From contig DVNO01000002.1 of NCBI GenBank assembly GCA_018714345.1, forward strand, positions 1 through 59,052: a stretch of DNA of 59,052 nucleotides, given 5' to 3'. Both the position numbers and the translations under genes were made by a program. The stretch comes from Candidatus Enterousia avicola. Lineage in GTDB: Bacteria; Pseudomonadota; Alphaproteobacteria; Rs-D84. The notes under the pieces are model-generated. The model had not been told where the DNA came from. It was given only the letters and a program-made list of their open reading frames with translations, and did not search any database. Below, in pieces: positions 30,501 through 39,349 of the stretch (position 1 is its first letter; every line of letters starts with the position of its first letter).

Positions 30501-33326
30501 GTCTCGCACGAAGAACAAATATCTGAACAAAACATAAACATATCAGAAAGCGGCTATGAATTGTCATTGGACACAAAAAATGCTGGTAATTACGTAATGA
30601 GAATTACTGATGCAGCAGATAAAGTGCTGGCAAATGCCGAATACTATGTTATTGACGATAAAAATCAATCTATGACAGTAGACACACCAGCAGAACTAAA
30701 AATAAAATTAAACAAACAAGAATATAAATCTGGCGAAGATATAGCTATAAACATAACCGCCCCTTATGCAGGCGCAGGTCTTATAACCATAGAACGAGAT
30801 AAAATCTACGCATACAAGTGGTTTAAGATGGATACGACTTCATCTGTTCAACGTATAACTATTCCGAAAGGCTTTGAAGGCACAGGTTATATAAACGTTT
30901 CTTTTGTCAGAGACATAAAAAGCAAGGATATATTCACATCTCCTTATGCTTACGCTGTTGAACCGTTTTCTTCGGATGTATCTAGTCACAAGATAGATAT
31001 TAATATAGACGCCCCTAAAAAAATATCTGGCAATGAATTAGAAATAAAATATTCGACCAATAAAGATGCAAAGATCATGATATTTGCAATAAATGAAGGC
31101 ATTCTGCAAGTTGCAAAATACAACATACCGAACCCAATTTCATACTTCTTTCAAAAAGCAGCTTTACAGGTAAACACGTACCAAATTTTATCTTTGCTGT
31201 TGCCAGAGTACAACATCTTGAAAGAGTATGCAAAAACAGGTGGTGGTGATTATTACGGAGACGGTGCATTAAAACCAATCTTAAAAAATCCATTCGGAAG
31301 GAAGCAACAACCGTCTGTCGCATTTTATTCTGGAATAAAAGAAGTAAAAGCAAACACTTCTGAAAGTGTAAAATTTATAATTCCTGAATATTTTGATGGC
31401 ACATTACGCGTATTTGCTGTTGCGGCAAATACAGATGCTGTTGGGTCAAATAACACAGAAGTAGTTGTTCAATCCCCGCTGATTATTTCTACATCTGTTC
31501 CTGCTGCGGTGGCCCCAGAAGATACATTTAAAATAAATACTGTAATTTCAAATTTGACAGAAGAAGATACGGCAACAAACGCAAAAATAGAAATAAAATC
31601 AACTGGTGGAATAGAAATCAAAGACCAACCAGAAAAAGAAACGATTATTCCTGTTGGTTCAGAAAAACTTGTAAAGTTCGATGCCGCGGTTAAGGACAAT
31701 CTGGGTAATTCAGAAATAAATATAACAGCCAAAATGTTAAACGATAAAGGTACAATTACTGCCGAAAGGACATCTCAAAGCAACATATCTGTCCGCCCAA
31801 TAACCCCGTATACCACGAACATAATATCGGGAAAGTTGTCATCTGATAGTGTAGAAATTAGAAAGTTTAAAAAAGATTTCTATAAAGATTTTGCAAGCCA
31901 AAGACTTTATATCTCTGGTACCAATTCAGCCATGGCACTGCCGTTAGTAGAATTCCTTTCTAAATATGAATACCCATGCACAGAACAACTGGTCTCTACT
32001 ACAATACCTTATGTTTTGATGCCAGAAGACGACTTTTTAGGCACAAATTATGAAGATTCTTCGAAGAAAATATCAACAACCATAAATACATTAAAGAATA
32101 GACAAAATGAAGACGGCTCTTTTAACTTATGGGCAGAAACATATAATGAACATTCATATCAAAATCAGGTGGATGCCGATACAGTAAAACTAACAGCCTA
32201 TGTTGTTGAATTTTTAACTCTTGCTAAAAATTCAGGTTTCTCGATACCAGAAGATATGCTGTCCCGTGGAATCGGCTATTTAAGAACATTTGCTGGCGAA
32301 ACCATAACCAACAATGAATACGCGGCAGCGGCAGCTCAGGCAATTTATGTAATTTCGGAAAACGGATATGTAACCACAAGTTACATTGATAACTTCGTTC
32401 AATATGCAAACGAACATATAAAAGGTTGGGAATCAGAATTAATAGGGGCTTACATAGCGTCAGCCTATAAGCTGTTGAAACAAGATGATTTGGCAGACAA
32501 ATTAATAAAAAAATACGAAATGTCCAAAGATGCAGATTTTGAAAACTATAGTATTTTTGATAGCAATGTATCTGATGATGCCATGTATTTTTACTTAACG
32601 AATAAGTATTTTTCACAGTCAGAAATAGGTGAATCTGACTTAATACAATCATACATAAAATCTGGATATTATAGCACCTACCCTTCTGCGACTATAATTA
32701 TGGCACTTGCAGATACAAGGAAAGAAAAAGTTATTTCTTTGCCAGATATAAATATAAAAACAGATTCTTCTTTGGCGGTACGAAAAGAGATAAAAAATAA
32801 TGCCATAGTTGCTGAAATACCTTTAGATGCAACAAACATTGAAATTACATGCAAGACTTGCGATGAAGCGTCCAGCCTTACCTACACTTTATTACAACAA
32901 GGTTATCAAAAAGAAGTTGCGTCAGAGTCAAACGGAATAGAAATAATCCGCGAATATTATGATAGTAATGATAAACGAATAACTAGCGGTAACATTGGTG
33001 ACATAATAACAGTAAAAATATTTGTCCGTACTCGTGGTGGCGTGGACAATATTGATGATGTTGTTATAAGTGATTTATTGCCTGGGGGCTTTATACCTGA
33101 AACGAATAGTATTGTTGGGGATGCAAACTTCTGGGAAATTCGCGAAGATAGAGTTTTAATATACACAAACCTGAATAGAACAGAAAAAACGTTTCAATAC
33201 AAGGCTCAACTAGGTACCGAAGGAAGTTTTAGAGTTCCTTCGATAAATGCAGAAGCTATGTATAATCCGCAGATAAAAGCGACAGGTGATGTGGGCACAT
33301 TTACGGTAGCAAATGCAACAAACTAG
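27525..33326 (+). CDS. yfhM: Bacterial alpha-2-macroglobulin (YfhM/ECAM type) with an intact thioester motif
   Basis: The 1933-aa product has an N-terminal TM anchor. The CTEQ thioester lies at 31977-31988 (YEYPCTEQLVST), and a pbpC gene follows immediately. Confidence 0.93.
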   Translation: MRSKNKYSKKSSTTQKTNNVTGKTQQRWHKKLLIIASIILLVFVAAGILLWNSFSYDKNATIYTSSVAAPTESTFTDDNYMLFSTKSDIPDVNNDRSLTPASNLIISYSLKSGDYAPVFNMNITDADLINEVKISPFIRGNWRFLADNSLLFTPETPWPADTKFTVKINEDLFNKDVKIDTNKVSFKTPEITAKVDSFNVYSAPNDKKSVIGIAVISFNYEINTKDFKDKISLKIDDEKLDFSVKFDRFHRTAFITSAPVSVTTEPQIMRLKLNRVPALDGKSDTKKITANLTIEASDNIFKVASLSTVVVNDNDGNAQQLILANTTVAAKSEKDLSNYMSVYLLPEFYDDEEKQNDTPHDWKADEVTDKVLSESKEIKITPTNFATPKGIYQYAYSYDVSESTKRYLYVSIKAGAESKSGFEMKNGLNTIMQVPYPAPSVTIAGSGALLSLSGNQKLGLVAQGGVKTAYVNLYKVKTEEVNHLISQTYNIFSPDIEFKSWSFGVYDMSVVFQKRISFANSSMKRNSYASLDLGDYLDRTYNENTGIFVIQTGFSENSAEYNDKRLILLTDLGIIRKTNLNETSDVFVSNLSSGLPAKDVKIDVLGRNGNAIWSGLTDKNGHVEIPAFPWSEYRNAKEPVAIVARQKNDISFIPYNAYNQQVEYSKFDIDGTYQSSMTPLNAYIFSDRGIYRPGEQVVLSGIVKNKSFKSLSGIPVRLQVRDSMGKIVIDKSFSLTADGMFDIKHTISEDSGLGTWNAYLYSLNSNGTLDDMLGSAYFEVQEFVPDTMEINANIVGKSQESWLALNNVKANVSLRNLFGTPATNKRISVTATLTPADYSFDEFKGYVFTPNFISGTGLADGVSRYSKTYTEELPDLRTDNNGNAEINVKLQDNIPDGTYILNLSIQGFEADSGKSVQTNVSTRASDAKYLIGWKASADLDYINKNSERKINIVAVDHTGKQASVDGLKLHIIKKEEQTSLVKDYSNNYKYQTVSHEEQISEQNINISESGYELSLDTKNAGNYVMRITDAADKVLANAEYYVIDDKNQSMTVDTPAELKIKLNKQEYKSGEDIAINITAPYAGAGLITIERDKIYAYKWFKMDTTSSVQRITIPKGFEGTGYINVSFVRDIKSKDIFTSPYAYAVEPFSSDVSSHKIDINIDAPKKISGNELEIKYSTNKDAKIMIFAINEGILQVAKYNIPNPISYFFQKAALQVNTYQILSLLLPEYNILKEYAKTGGGDYYGDGALKPILKNPFGRKQQPSVAFYSGIKEVKANTSESVKFIIPEYFDGTLRVFAVAANTDAVGSNNTEVVVQSPLIISTSVPAAVAPEDTFKINTVISNLTEEDTATNAKIEIKSTGGIEIKDQPEKETIIPVGSEKLVKFDAAVKDNLGNSEINITAKMLNDKGTITAERTSQSNISVRPITPYTTNIISGKLSSDSVEIRKFKKDFYKDFASQRLYISGTNSAMALPLVEFLSKYEYPCTEQLVSTTIPYVLMPEDDFLGTNYEDSSKKISTTINTLKNRQNEDGSFNLWAETYNEHSYQNQVDADTVKLTAYVVEFLTLAKNSGFSIPEDMLSRGIGYLRTFAGETITNNEYAAAAAQAIYVISENGYVTTSYIDNFVQYANEHIKGWESELIGAYIASAYKLLKQDDLADKLIKKYEMSKDADFENYSIFDSNVSDDAMYFYLTNKYFSQSEIGESDLIQSYIKSGYYSTYPSATIIMALADTRKEKVISLPDINIKTDSSLAVRKEIKNNAIVAEIPLDATNIEITCKTCDEASSLTYTLLQQGYQKEVASESNGIEIIREYYDSNDKRITSGNIGDIITVKIFVRTRGGVDNIDDVVISDLLPGGFIPETNSIVGDANFWEIREDRVLIYTNLNRTEKTFQYKAQLGTEGSFRVPSINAEAMYNPQIKATGDVGTFTVANATN

Positions 33327-35724
33327 AAGAAATTTATTAAACTTATATACAAAAGTGGCTGCGCATATGCGTCGCCACAGATTTTTGTATATTCTTTTAT
33401 CAGCAATCATAATATTGTATTTTCTTGTAAAGATATTTTTTACCCCACCGCTTCTGTCTGATATTCAATTTGGAAACGCATATTTTGATAGGAATGGCGA
33501 ACTGCTGCGAATAACATTATCACCAGATGAAAAATATCGCTTATATACCCCACTATCAGAAATAAACGAGACGCTTAAAGAAGCAACAATTTTATACGAG
33601 GACAAATATTTCAAATATCATATTGGTATAAATCCTATATCGTTAATAAAAGCGGGTTTTAAATATTTTTCGCCCGAATCACGTCATGTTGGTGCATCAA
33701 CAATAACCATGCAGGTGGCAAGGCTAAAATATGATATGAACACCACAAACATTCCAGGAAAACTTAGACAAATTGCCGCAGCGATTTATATTGATTTATT
33801 TTATTCAAAAGACGAAATTCTTGAAGCATACTTAAACCTGGCACCATATGGGGGGAACATAGAAAGTATAGGGGCAGCTTCCTTGATATATTTTGACAAG
33901 AAAGCAAGTGAGCTGACAAAAATAGAAGCTATAACATTATCAACTATTCCGCAAAACCCTGGGAAACGCAGTCTAAACACACAAACAGGTTTATCAAACA
34001 TAATGAAAATGCGTAAGAACTTGGTTCTGCGTTGGGTAAAAGAAAACCCAAACGATAAAGATTTAATTCCGTTATGTGATTTACCACTGCATGTACGTAC
34101 CACAAAAAATCTTCCGTTTTTCGCACCACATTTTATAAATTATGTATCAAAGCAACAAACCGAACATTGGGCTGCTTCTAATAATCACTCATCAAACATA
34201 ACAACCACACTAGATCTTAAATTGCAGGCGGTTTTGGAAAAGGCACTTAATAACGAAATAACTAAGCGCAAGCGAATCGGAATAACAAATGCAGCGGCAA
34301 TATTACTAAATTATAAAACTATGGAGGTTTTAGCTTACATAGGTTCTGCAAATTATTTTAACGCAAACATTTACGGTGAAAATGATGGTGTTCGGGCAAA
34401 AAGAAGCCCAGGCTCAACACTAAAACCATTAATATATGCCACCGCCACAGATATGGAGTACATACACTCTATGACGTTGCTAAAAGATGCCAAAATAAAT
34501 TTTGGTGTCTATGCACCAGAAAATGCAGACAACGAATTTTTTGGTCCCATACTTGCAAAGGATGCCCTGACCCATTCAAGAAATATCCCAGCAATAAACT
34601 TATTAAAAAAGATAGGTGTACAAAATTTTTATAAAATCTTATTGGACTCTGGTGTAACTGGCTTAAAAGCCCCTGAGCATTACGGAATATCAATTGCGCT
34701 TGGTGGTGCTGAAGTATCAATGTTAGAACTAGCGACAATATACTCAACTATGGCCAATCTTGGGATGAAATACGATATACAAATTACAAAACAAGATGAA
34801 AAAGGCCCAGGCAGCCAAATTTTAAGTCCAGAAGCATTCTTTATAGTTCTAGATATGTTGGGGCAACAAAAAACACCTTCAAAAAATATTCCTTTCACAA
34901 CAAATGCCCCCCAGAATATCACACACTATTGGAAAACAGGCACATCATCTTCATTTAGAGATGCATGGACAGCTGGCATATTCGGCGATTTTGTACTAAT
35001 TGTCTGGGTTGGCAATTTTGATGGAACCCCAAACAATTCGTTTAGTGGCGCAAAAACTGCGGCACCAATATATTTTTCTCTATCAGATACTGTGACCAGA
35101 TATTATTCAAGACATGGGGAACAAGTAAAAAATAATAATTTTTTAAGACAAGACCTGAACATATCTAAAATCGAGATGTGTGAAAAAGTCGGCGGATTAG
35201 CTGGGAAATATTGTCCCAAAAGCACTTATGCCTATTTTATACCAGGGAAGTCACCGATTGAAGTCTCTTCTATTTACCGCGCAATTCCGATTGATAATGC
35301 AACTGGGCTGCGTGCATGTTCAAATAACCCCAACACAACACACCTAGAAGTGTATGAGTTTTGGGATGCAGAATACTTAGAAATGTTTAAAAAGGCGGGT
35401 ATTCACAAAAAAACACCCCCAGCATTTATGGCAGGATGCAATCTAGACTTCATGATGACGTCTCACAATCCACCAGTAATATTATCCCCACAAAAAGATA
35501 CGCGCGTCGTTATAGTATCAAATTCGGATTCACAACAGATAACATTTAAAGCTATTTCCGAAGTCCCCGATGCTAAACTTTTTTGGTTTTTAGATGATAA
35601 TCTGATTGGCACGACTCAATCAGATGAAGCCTTACCATACAATGTACAAATCGGCGAACATACCGTACGAACTATCGATGAAATCGGTGGTTGGAGTACA
35701 ATAAAGTTTAGCGTAATAAAGTAA
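33313..35724 (+). CDS. pbpC: Penicillin-binding protein 1C (glycosyltransferase 51 plus transpeptidase-like plus C-terminal PbpC domain)
   Basis: The 803-aa product has GT51 motifs (EDKYFKYHIGINP, GASTITMQVARL) and an SxxK motif (PGSTLKP). The gene overlaps the A2M stop by 14 nt, and the start is uncertain (alternative Met at about 33367). Confidence 0.9.
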   Translation: MQQTRRNLLNLYTKVAAHMRRHRFLYILLSAIIILYFLVKIFFTPPLLSDIQFGNAYFDRNGELLRITLSPDEKYRLYTPLSEINETLKEATILYEDKYFKYHIGINPISLIKAGFKYFSPESRHVGASTITMQVARLKYDMNTTNIPGKLRQIAAAIYIDLFYSKDEILEAYLNLAPYGGNIESIGAASLIYFDKKASELTKIEAITLSTIPQNPGKRSLNTQTGLSNIMKMRKNLVLRWVKENPNDKDLIPLCDLPLHVRTTKNLPFFAPHFINYVSKQQTEHWAASNNHSSNITTTLDLKLQAVLEKALNNEITKRKRIGITNAAAILLNYKTMEVLAYIGSANYFNANIYGENDGVRAKRSPGSTLKPLIYATATDMEYIHSMTLLKDAKINFGVYAPENADNEFFGPILAKDALTHSRNIPAINLLKKIGVQNFYKILLDSGVTGLKAPEHYGISIALGGAEVSMLELATIYSTMANLGMKYDIQITKQDEKGPGSQILSPEAFFIVLDMLGQQKTPSKNIPFTTNAPQNITHYWKTGTSSSFRDAWTAGIFGDFVLIVWVGNFDGTPNNSFSGAKTAAPIYFSLSDTVTRYYSRHGEQVKNNNFLRQDLNISKIEMCEKVGGLAGKYCPKSTYAYFIPGKSPIEVSSIYRAIPIDNATGLRACSNNPNTTHLEVYEFWDAEYLEMFKKAGIHKKTPPAFMAGCNLDFMMTSHNPPVILSPQKDTRVVIVSNSDSQQITFKAISEVPDAKLFWFLDDNLIGTTQSDEALPYNVQIGEHTVRTIDEIGGWSTIKFSVIK

Positions 35725-35748
35725 AAATACTAAATTATAGTAAAAAGA

Positions 35749-36624
35749 TTATAGTAAAAAGCTTGTTATATAATTAAAAGACACACCTATAATAAAATTA
35801 CTTCCATAATGCTCTGTCCCACGGGCCTTGGCAAGCCTATATTGAAAATAAGGCCCCATAGTAAAACGCCCCCATAAATTTGTATCAAGTCGAAGTACCG
35901 CACTAAAATCCCGATCTAAATCTGTTGGCAGGTATGCAGAATACGAAAAGAAATTACGGAAATAACCATCAGAAGTGATACGAACACCTTTACGAATCAT
36001 GTATTCTAATCGCCAACCAATTTCAGCCCCAAACTTATTGTTCTGATTATGTGCGTAAGTGAAATCGTACTCATAAACACCTGTAAGGTATAAACTTTTT
36101 ATTATTTCATGATCAAATAAAGAAAGCCCCGCACTAGATCGAACGACATTTTGACTTGGTGTTTCCTCTGTATCAACAAATTGCGTTTCATAGGCGGCCC
36201 GAACTGTCGGACCAAATTTTAAACCGGAAAAATTCCAGCATGCATAAGAAACATCGCTAGAAAATAAAATATTGTCTGCATTTTCGTCACTTGTTGCAGG
36301 CGCGTTATATGGTTTTAACGTAGTTTTCCCATATTCCATAAAAAGCGAATTATCCCACTTAAATCTGTCTTTCTTAAATTCAAGAATTGTATCAAAAACT
36401 GTCTTTATATAATCTTGACTTGTTGCCGTTAAAGCAGCAATTGGTGAATCTTGATATTCTGCGGCATTTCGAACCTGTGTTTTTGTCCAATCCAAACCTA
36501 TTCGCCGAATAGAAAGCTTTAAAGAACGTTCTTCATCAGAAACGCCCAGCAAGGGTTGCAAATCTTTTGCCTGTACCGTAAGCGGGACAAATAAAAACAA
36601 AAAAAATGCGATGAAGCTTTTCAA
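35749..36624 (-). CDS. Predicted outer-membrane beta-barrel protein, hypothetical
   Basis: The 291-aa product has a signal peptide (FLFLFVPLTVQA). Alternating aromatic/hydrophilic strands run throughout. It is the last gene of a tightly spaced three-gene operon. Confidence 0.6.
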   Translation of the reverse strand: MKSFIAFFLFLFVPLTVQAKDLQPLLGVSDEERSLKLSIRRIGLDWTKTQVRNAAEYQDSPIAALTATSQDYIKTVFDTILEFKKDRFKWDNSLFMEYGKTTLKPYNAPATSDENADNILFSSDVSYACWNFSGLKFGPTVRAAYETQFVDTEETPSQNVVRSSAGLSLFDHEIIKSLYLTGVYEYDFTYAHNQNNKFGAEIGWRLEYMIRKGVRITSDGYFRNFFSYSAYLPTDLDRDFSAVLRLDTNLWGRFTMGPYFQYRLAKARGTEHYGSNFIIGVSFNYITSFLL

Positions 36625-36652
36625 ATGTCCCCCTACAAGAAAAAACGTATAA

Positions 36653-37273
36653 TTATTTTATTATGTGCAATACGCCATTCTGATCAGCATAGCGCCAACC
36701 GTTTTCGCGAATAGCTATGGTAAAAGAATTTCGGGCGGAAACAGGAAGTTCTATTGTAACCTGATTCCCATTTATGTATCTAGTAGCTAGCTCTATACCC
36801 TCATCTCTTGCAATTTGATTTAATTCAATCCAACCAGCCAACTTATCAGTCATCACAGCCTGCACTATAAACATGTCTCCTGACTTCCCGTCCGTCAGCC
36901 AATTTTGCACTTCTTTTTCTGTTAGCCAATTACGTGCCGCATCACGATCAATTGTCATATGAATGTTAGCAGAATATGTGGTGTTTGACTGTTGCTCGCT
37001 ATCTATACTAGACGTGGCAATCAGGTTCATAAGCTCTGCAGATTTTGCATTTTTCAGAACTTCCTCTAACTGATCTGGGATAGAATACTGCCCCAGCACA
37101 TCAAGAATAATCTGCCGTCTTGCCTCATCAAAAGCCATCTCTTTAGCTGCTGCGGCTGTATCACTTGTTACACTTACAGATGCAACGCCCGTCAAATCTG
37201 CTGCATATGCGCCCGCAACAAGAGATATCCCAAAAAGGGCGACAAAAATATTCTTAAACACCTTCATATTCAT
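36653..37273 (-). CDS. Secreted/periplasmic hypothetical protein
   Basis: The 206-aa product has the signal peptide VALFGISLVAGAYA. It sits between two barrel genes, with gaps of 9 and 28 nt. Confidence 0.6.
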   Translation of the reverse strand: MNMKVFKNIFVALFGISLVAGAYAADLTGVASVSVTSDTAAAAKEMAFDEARRQIILDVLGQYSIPDQLEEVLKNAKSAELMNLIATSSIDSEQQSNTTYSANIHMTIDRDAARNWLTEKEVQNWLTDGKSGDMFIVQAVMTDKLAGWIELNQIARDEGIELATRYINGNQVTIELPVSARNSFTIAIRENGWRYADQNGVLHIIK

Positions 37274-37282
37274 AAACCCAAA

Positions 37283-38791
37283 CTAAAACTTAGCATTAAC
37301 ACCTACGCGAATTCCCATAGATTTATAGAAAGATTCTATTTCACTTCCAATGGAGCATACCCAACCTGGACATTCGCTTTCCAAGTTTTTGATATTTATT
37401 GCGGTCGCGTTTCCTGTATCTGGGTCAAGCATAGCCGCCTCGCTCTCATAACCAGAACCATAATTTACACCGTTAATTACACCACCAGTAAGGATGTTGT
37501 TATACAACGTAGTATAATAATTCTGGTTTAAGTACGTCTTTGCATCTGCCCCACTTACAGAATAGTAATCATAAGTCAAACCAATCGACAACGCAACAGA
37601 ATCTGTTATTGCAGTCGTCCAATTAGCGCCCAACCCAAAATGGAACGCACCGAACATACCAGCTTCATCTTCAACACTTTTCGGGTGCGCCCAATCGAAA
37701 CGATAAGGTTGGTCCCCTGTTGCATTATAACCAGGTAATCCTAACTCTATACGACCATTTACTGCGTTATTTTGATTTATTACATAGTCCATATCCAACG
37801 CAAAATACGGTCCAGCCCACGTAACGTCATAAGAGTGACTAACGCCTGGTTGATAATAGTAATATGTACTACCGGTATCTATACTGGTTGAACCGCCTGG
37901 AATTTCCATAGGCGAATTAATATCATCACGCCAAATAATCTGCTGCTTATCACTGCCTATATTAACAACTATCGCAGGGTCACATTGAATTTCACCATTC
38001 ACTTCAAAGCAAGCGGTAGTATCAACAGATAAGCCATAATTTGTTTCTGTTTCCAAATTATAATTCAAATATCTATAACCAACAGATGGTGTAATAGACA
38101 CGTTGCCCCATTTAAAAATATCCGTCAAACCAAAACCAACATTAAAGCCGAGCATATTACCGCCCTGGCTGGTTCCTATTGATATAGCATGTCCGATTTG
38201 CTTACCTATTTCTGAATTATCTTCGGCATTTACCCACGTAGTGACAAGGAATCCGCCATTTGTAATATCGTCATCATACATTGTTGACTCGCCCCATTGC
38301 ATACCGTATTTCAAGCCGGCATCAATTTGCATGGTGGTATTACCAACATCGAAAGAATAGCCTGCATCAACGCCCAGGACATTCCAGCCAACGTTATCAT
38401 AACTTAAGATACTGCCAGATTGATTCATTTCCATCTGCCACTGAGAAAATTCATGAGACACACCTGCATCAATCCAAAATCCACTTTTTTTAGAACTTGT
38501 TGACGTATTAGCTGCCGAAGAGGTTGCAGAAGATGCCGTCATTCCAGACCGTTGCGCATTTGTGCTATAATTATTAGCAGCAGTCGTATTATAACGAGAC
38601 GCATAAGAAGGGGTAGAATAATAATTATTACTATATTGGCTGGTATACCCCGTCTGGCGCTGCAAATAAGTTTGAGTATTGTAACGCGTCTGCGGAGACT
38701 GATACGTATTAGCAGAATAATATGTACCAGCAGCATTTACAGTCATAGGCGCAAAGGCCAAAAGCAAAAATTGAGACAATTTTTTAATCAT
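37283..38791 (-). CDS. Outer-membrane beta-barrel protein with a Tyr/Ser/Asn/Gln/Thr-rich N-terminal low-complexity region
   Basis: The 502-aa product has the signal peptide LLLAFAPMTVNA. About 80 aa of low-complexity sequence follow (YYSANTYQSPQTRYNTQTYLQRQTGYTSQYSNNYYSTPSYASRYN...). The barrel-like remainder ends ...IRVGVNAKF. A distant omptin-like architecture is possible but unproven. Confidence 0.65.
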   Translation of the reverse strand: MIKKLSQFLLLAFAPMTVNAAGTYYSANTYQSPQTRYNTQTYLQRQTGYTSQYSNNYYSTPSYASRYNTTAANNYSTNAQRSGMTASSATSSAANTSTSSKKSGFWIDAGVSHEFSQWQMEMNQSGSILSYDNVGWNVLGVDAGYSFDVGNTTMQIDAGLKYGMQWGESTMYDDDITNGGFLVTTWVNAEDNSEIGKQIGHAISIGTSQGGNMLGFNVGFGLTDIFKWGNVSITPSVGYRYLNYNLETETNYGLSVDTTACFEVNGEIQCDPAIVVNIGSDKQQIIWRDDINSPMEIPGGSTSIDTGSTYYYYQPGVSHSYDVTWAGPYFALDMDYVINQNNAVNGRIELGLPGYNATGDQPYRFDWAHPKSVEDEAGMFGAFHFGLGANWTTAITDSVALSIGLTYDYYSVSGADAKTYLNQNYYTTLYNNILTGGVINGVNYGSGYESEAAMLDPDTGNATAINIKNLESECPGWVCSIGSEIESFYKSMGIRVGVNAKF

Positions 38792-38926
38792 TTTTCTACC
38801 CCTACATTAAATTATCAGTTGTATTGTATCACAAAAAGGTTGAAAATAAAAATGCTTCTTGTAAGAATAGGCAAAGAAAAAATACCAAAAGTCCATATAA
38901 TTTTGGGATAATAGGTATGAATTCGA

Positions 38927-39195
38927 GTATGGCGACTACGAAGCAAAGCGAAGTGCCGCCGGGACGCGGAATGAAGTGTTGTACATAATGCGGATATGGC
39001 GACTACGAAGCAAAGCGAAGTGCCGCCACGATGCAAGCTAAAGCGTTGTACATAATGCGGATATGGCGACTACGAAGCAAAGCGAAGTGCCGCCGGGACG
39101 CGGAATGAAGCGTTGTACAAAATGCGGATATGGCGACTACGAAGCAAAGCGAAGTGCCGCCGGGACGCGGAATGAAGTGTTGTACATAATGCGGA
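38927..39195 (+). repeat. Four tandem copies (67, 67, 67, 68 nt) of a unit that ends or starts with the first 13 nt of the downstream tRNA-Leu
   Basis: Unit starts (TATGGCGA) lie at 38927, 38994, 39061 and 39128, and the fifth start at 39196 is inside the real tRNA. The unit is TATGGCGACTACGAAGCAAAGCGAAGTGCCGCCGGGACGCGGAATGAAGTGTTGTACATAATGCGGA. Copy 2 diverges internally (ccacgatgcaagctaaagcg). Confidence 0.9.
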
Positions 39196-39275
39196 TATGG
39201 CGAAACTGGTAGACGCGCAGCACTAAGGATGCTGTGGAGAAATCCTTGGGGGTTCGAGTCCCCCTATCCGCACCA
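39191..39275 (+). tRNA. tRNA-Leu, anticodon AAG (A34), class II with long variable arm, CCA encoded
   Basis: I folded it by hand. The acceptor GCGGATA/TATCCGC is perfect. The anticodon stem is CAGCA/TGCTG with loop CTAAGGA, placing the anticodon at 39225-39227. The variable arm is GGA-GAAA-TCC and the T-arm is GGGGG-TTCGAGT-CCCCC. Confidence 0.85.
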
Positions 39276-39349
39276 CTAAATATAATAAAACTTACTAAAA
39301 ATACTTGCCCGAGTTTTCTAAAATCTGCTAACATATCAGCATAGAAAGA

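Noticed and set aside
33313-33326. The 14-nt overlap of the A2M and pbpC frames as a possible frameshift or fusion.
   Set aside because: Both ORFs are complete with their own start and stop codons. Short overlaps are normal for translationally coupled operon genes.
38928-39195. Each 67-nt repeat unit contains a short ATG...TAA frame encoding a Cys-containing peptide (MATTKQSEVPPGRGMKCCT). This could be read as tandem RiPP-like precursor genes.
   Set aside because: No SD sequence sits at a usable distance from any of the ATGs. Copy 3 loses the stop, and because 67 is not a multiple of 3 it runs out of frame into copy 4. No maturation or transport genes are adjacent. A non-coding repeat is more likely.
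38927-39195. Possible CRISPR array.
   Set aside because: The units are directly abutting 67-nt tandem copies with no unique spacers, there are no cas genes in the window, and the repeat is phased on the tRNA 5' end.
38815-39334. Minus-strand ORFs 38815..39036 and 39137..39334.
   Set aside because: They lie in the tandem repeat array and across tRNA-Leu(AAG). They are artefacts of the repeat sequence.
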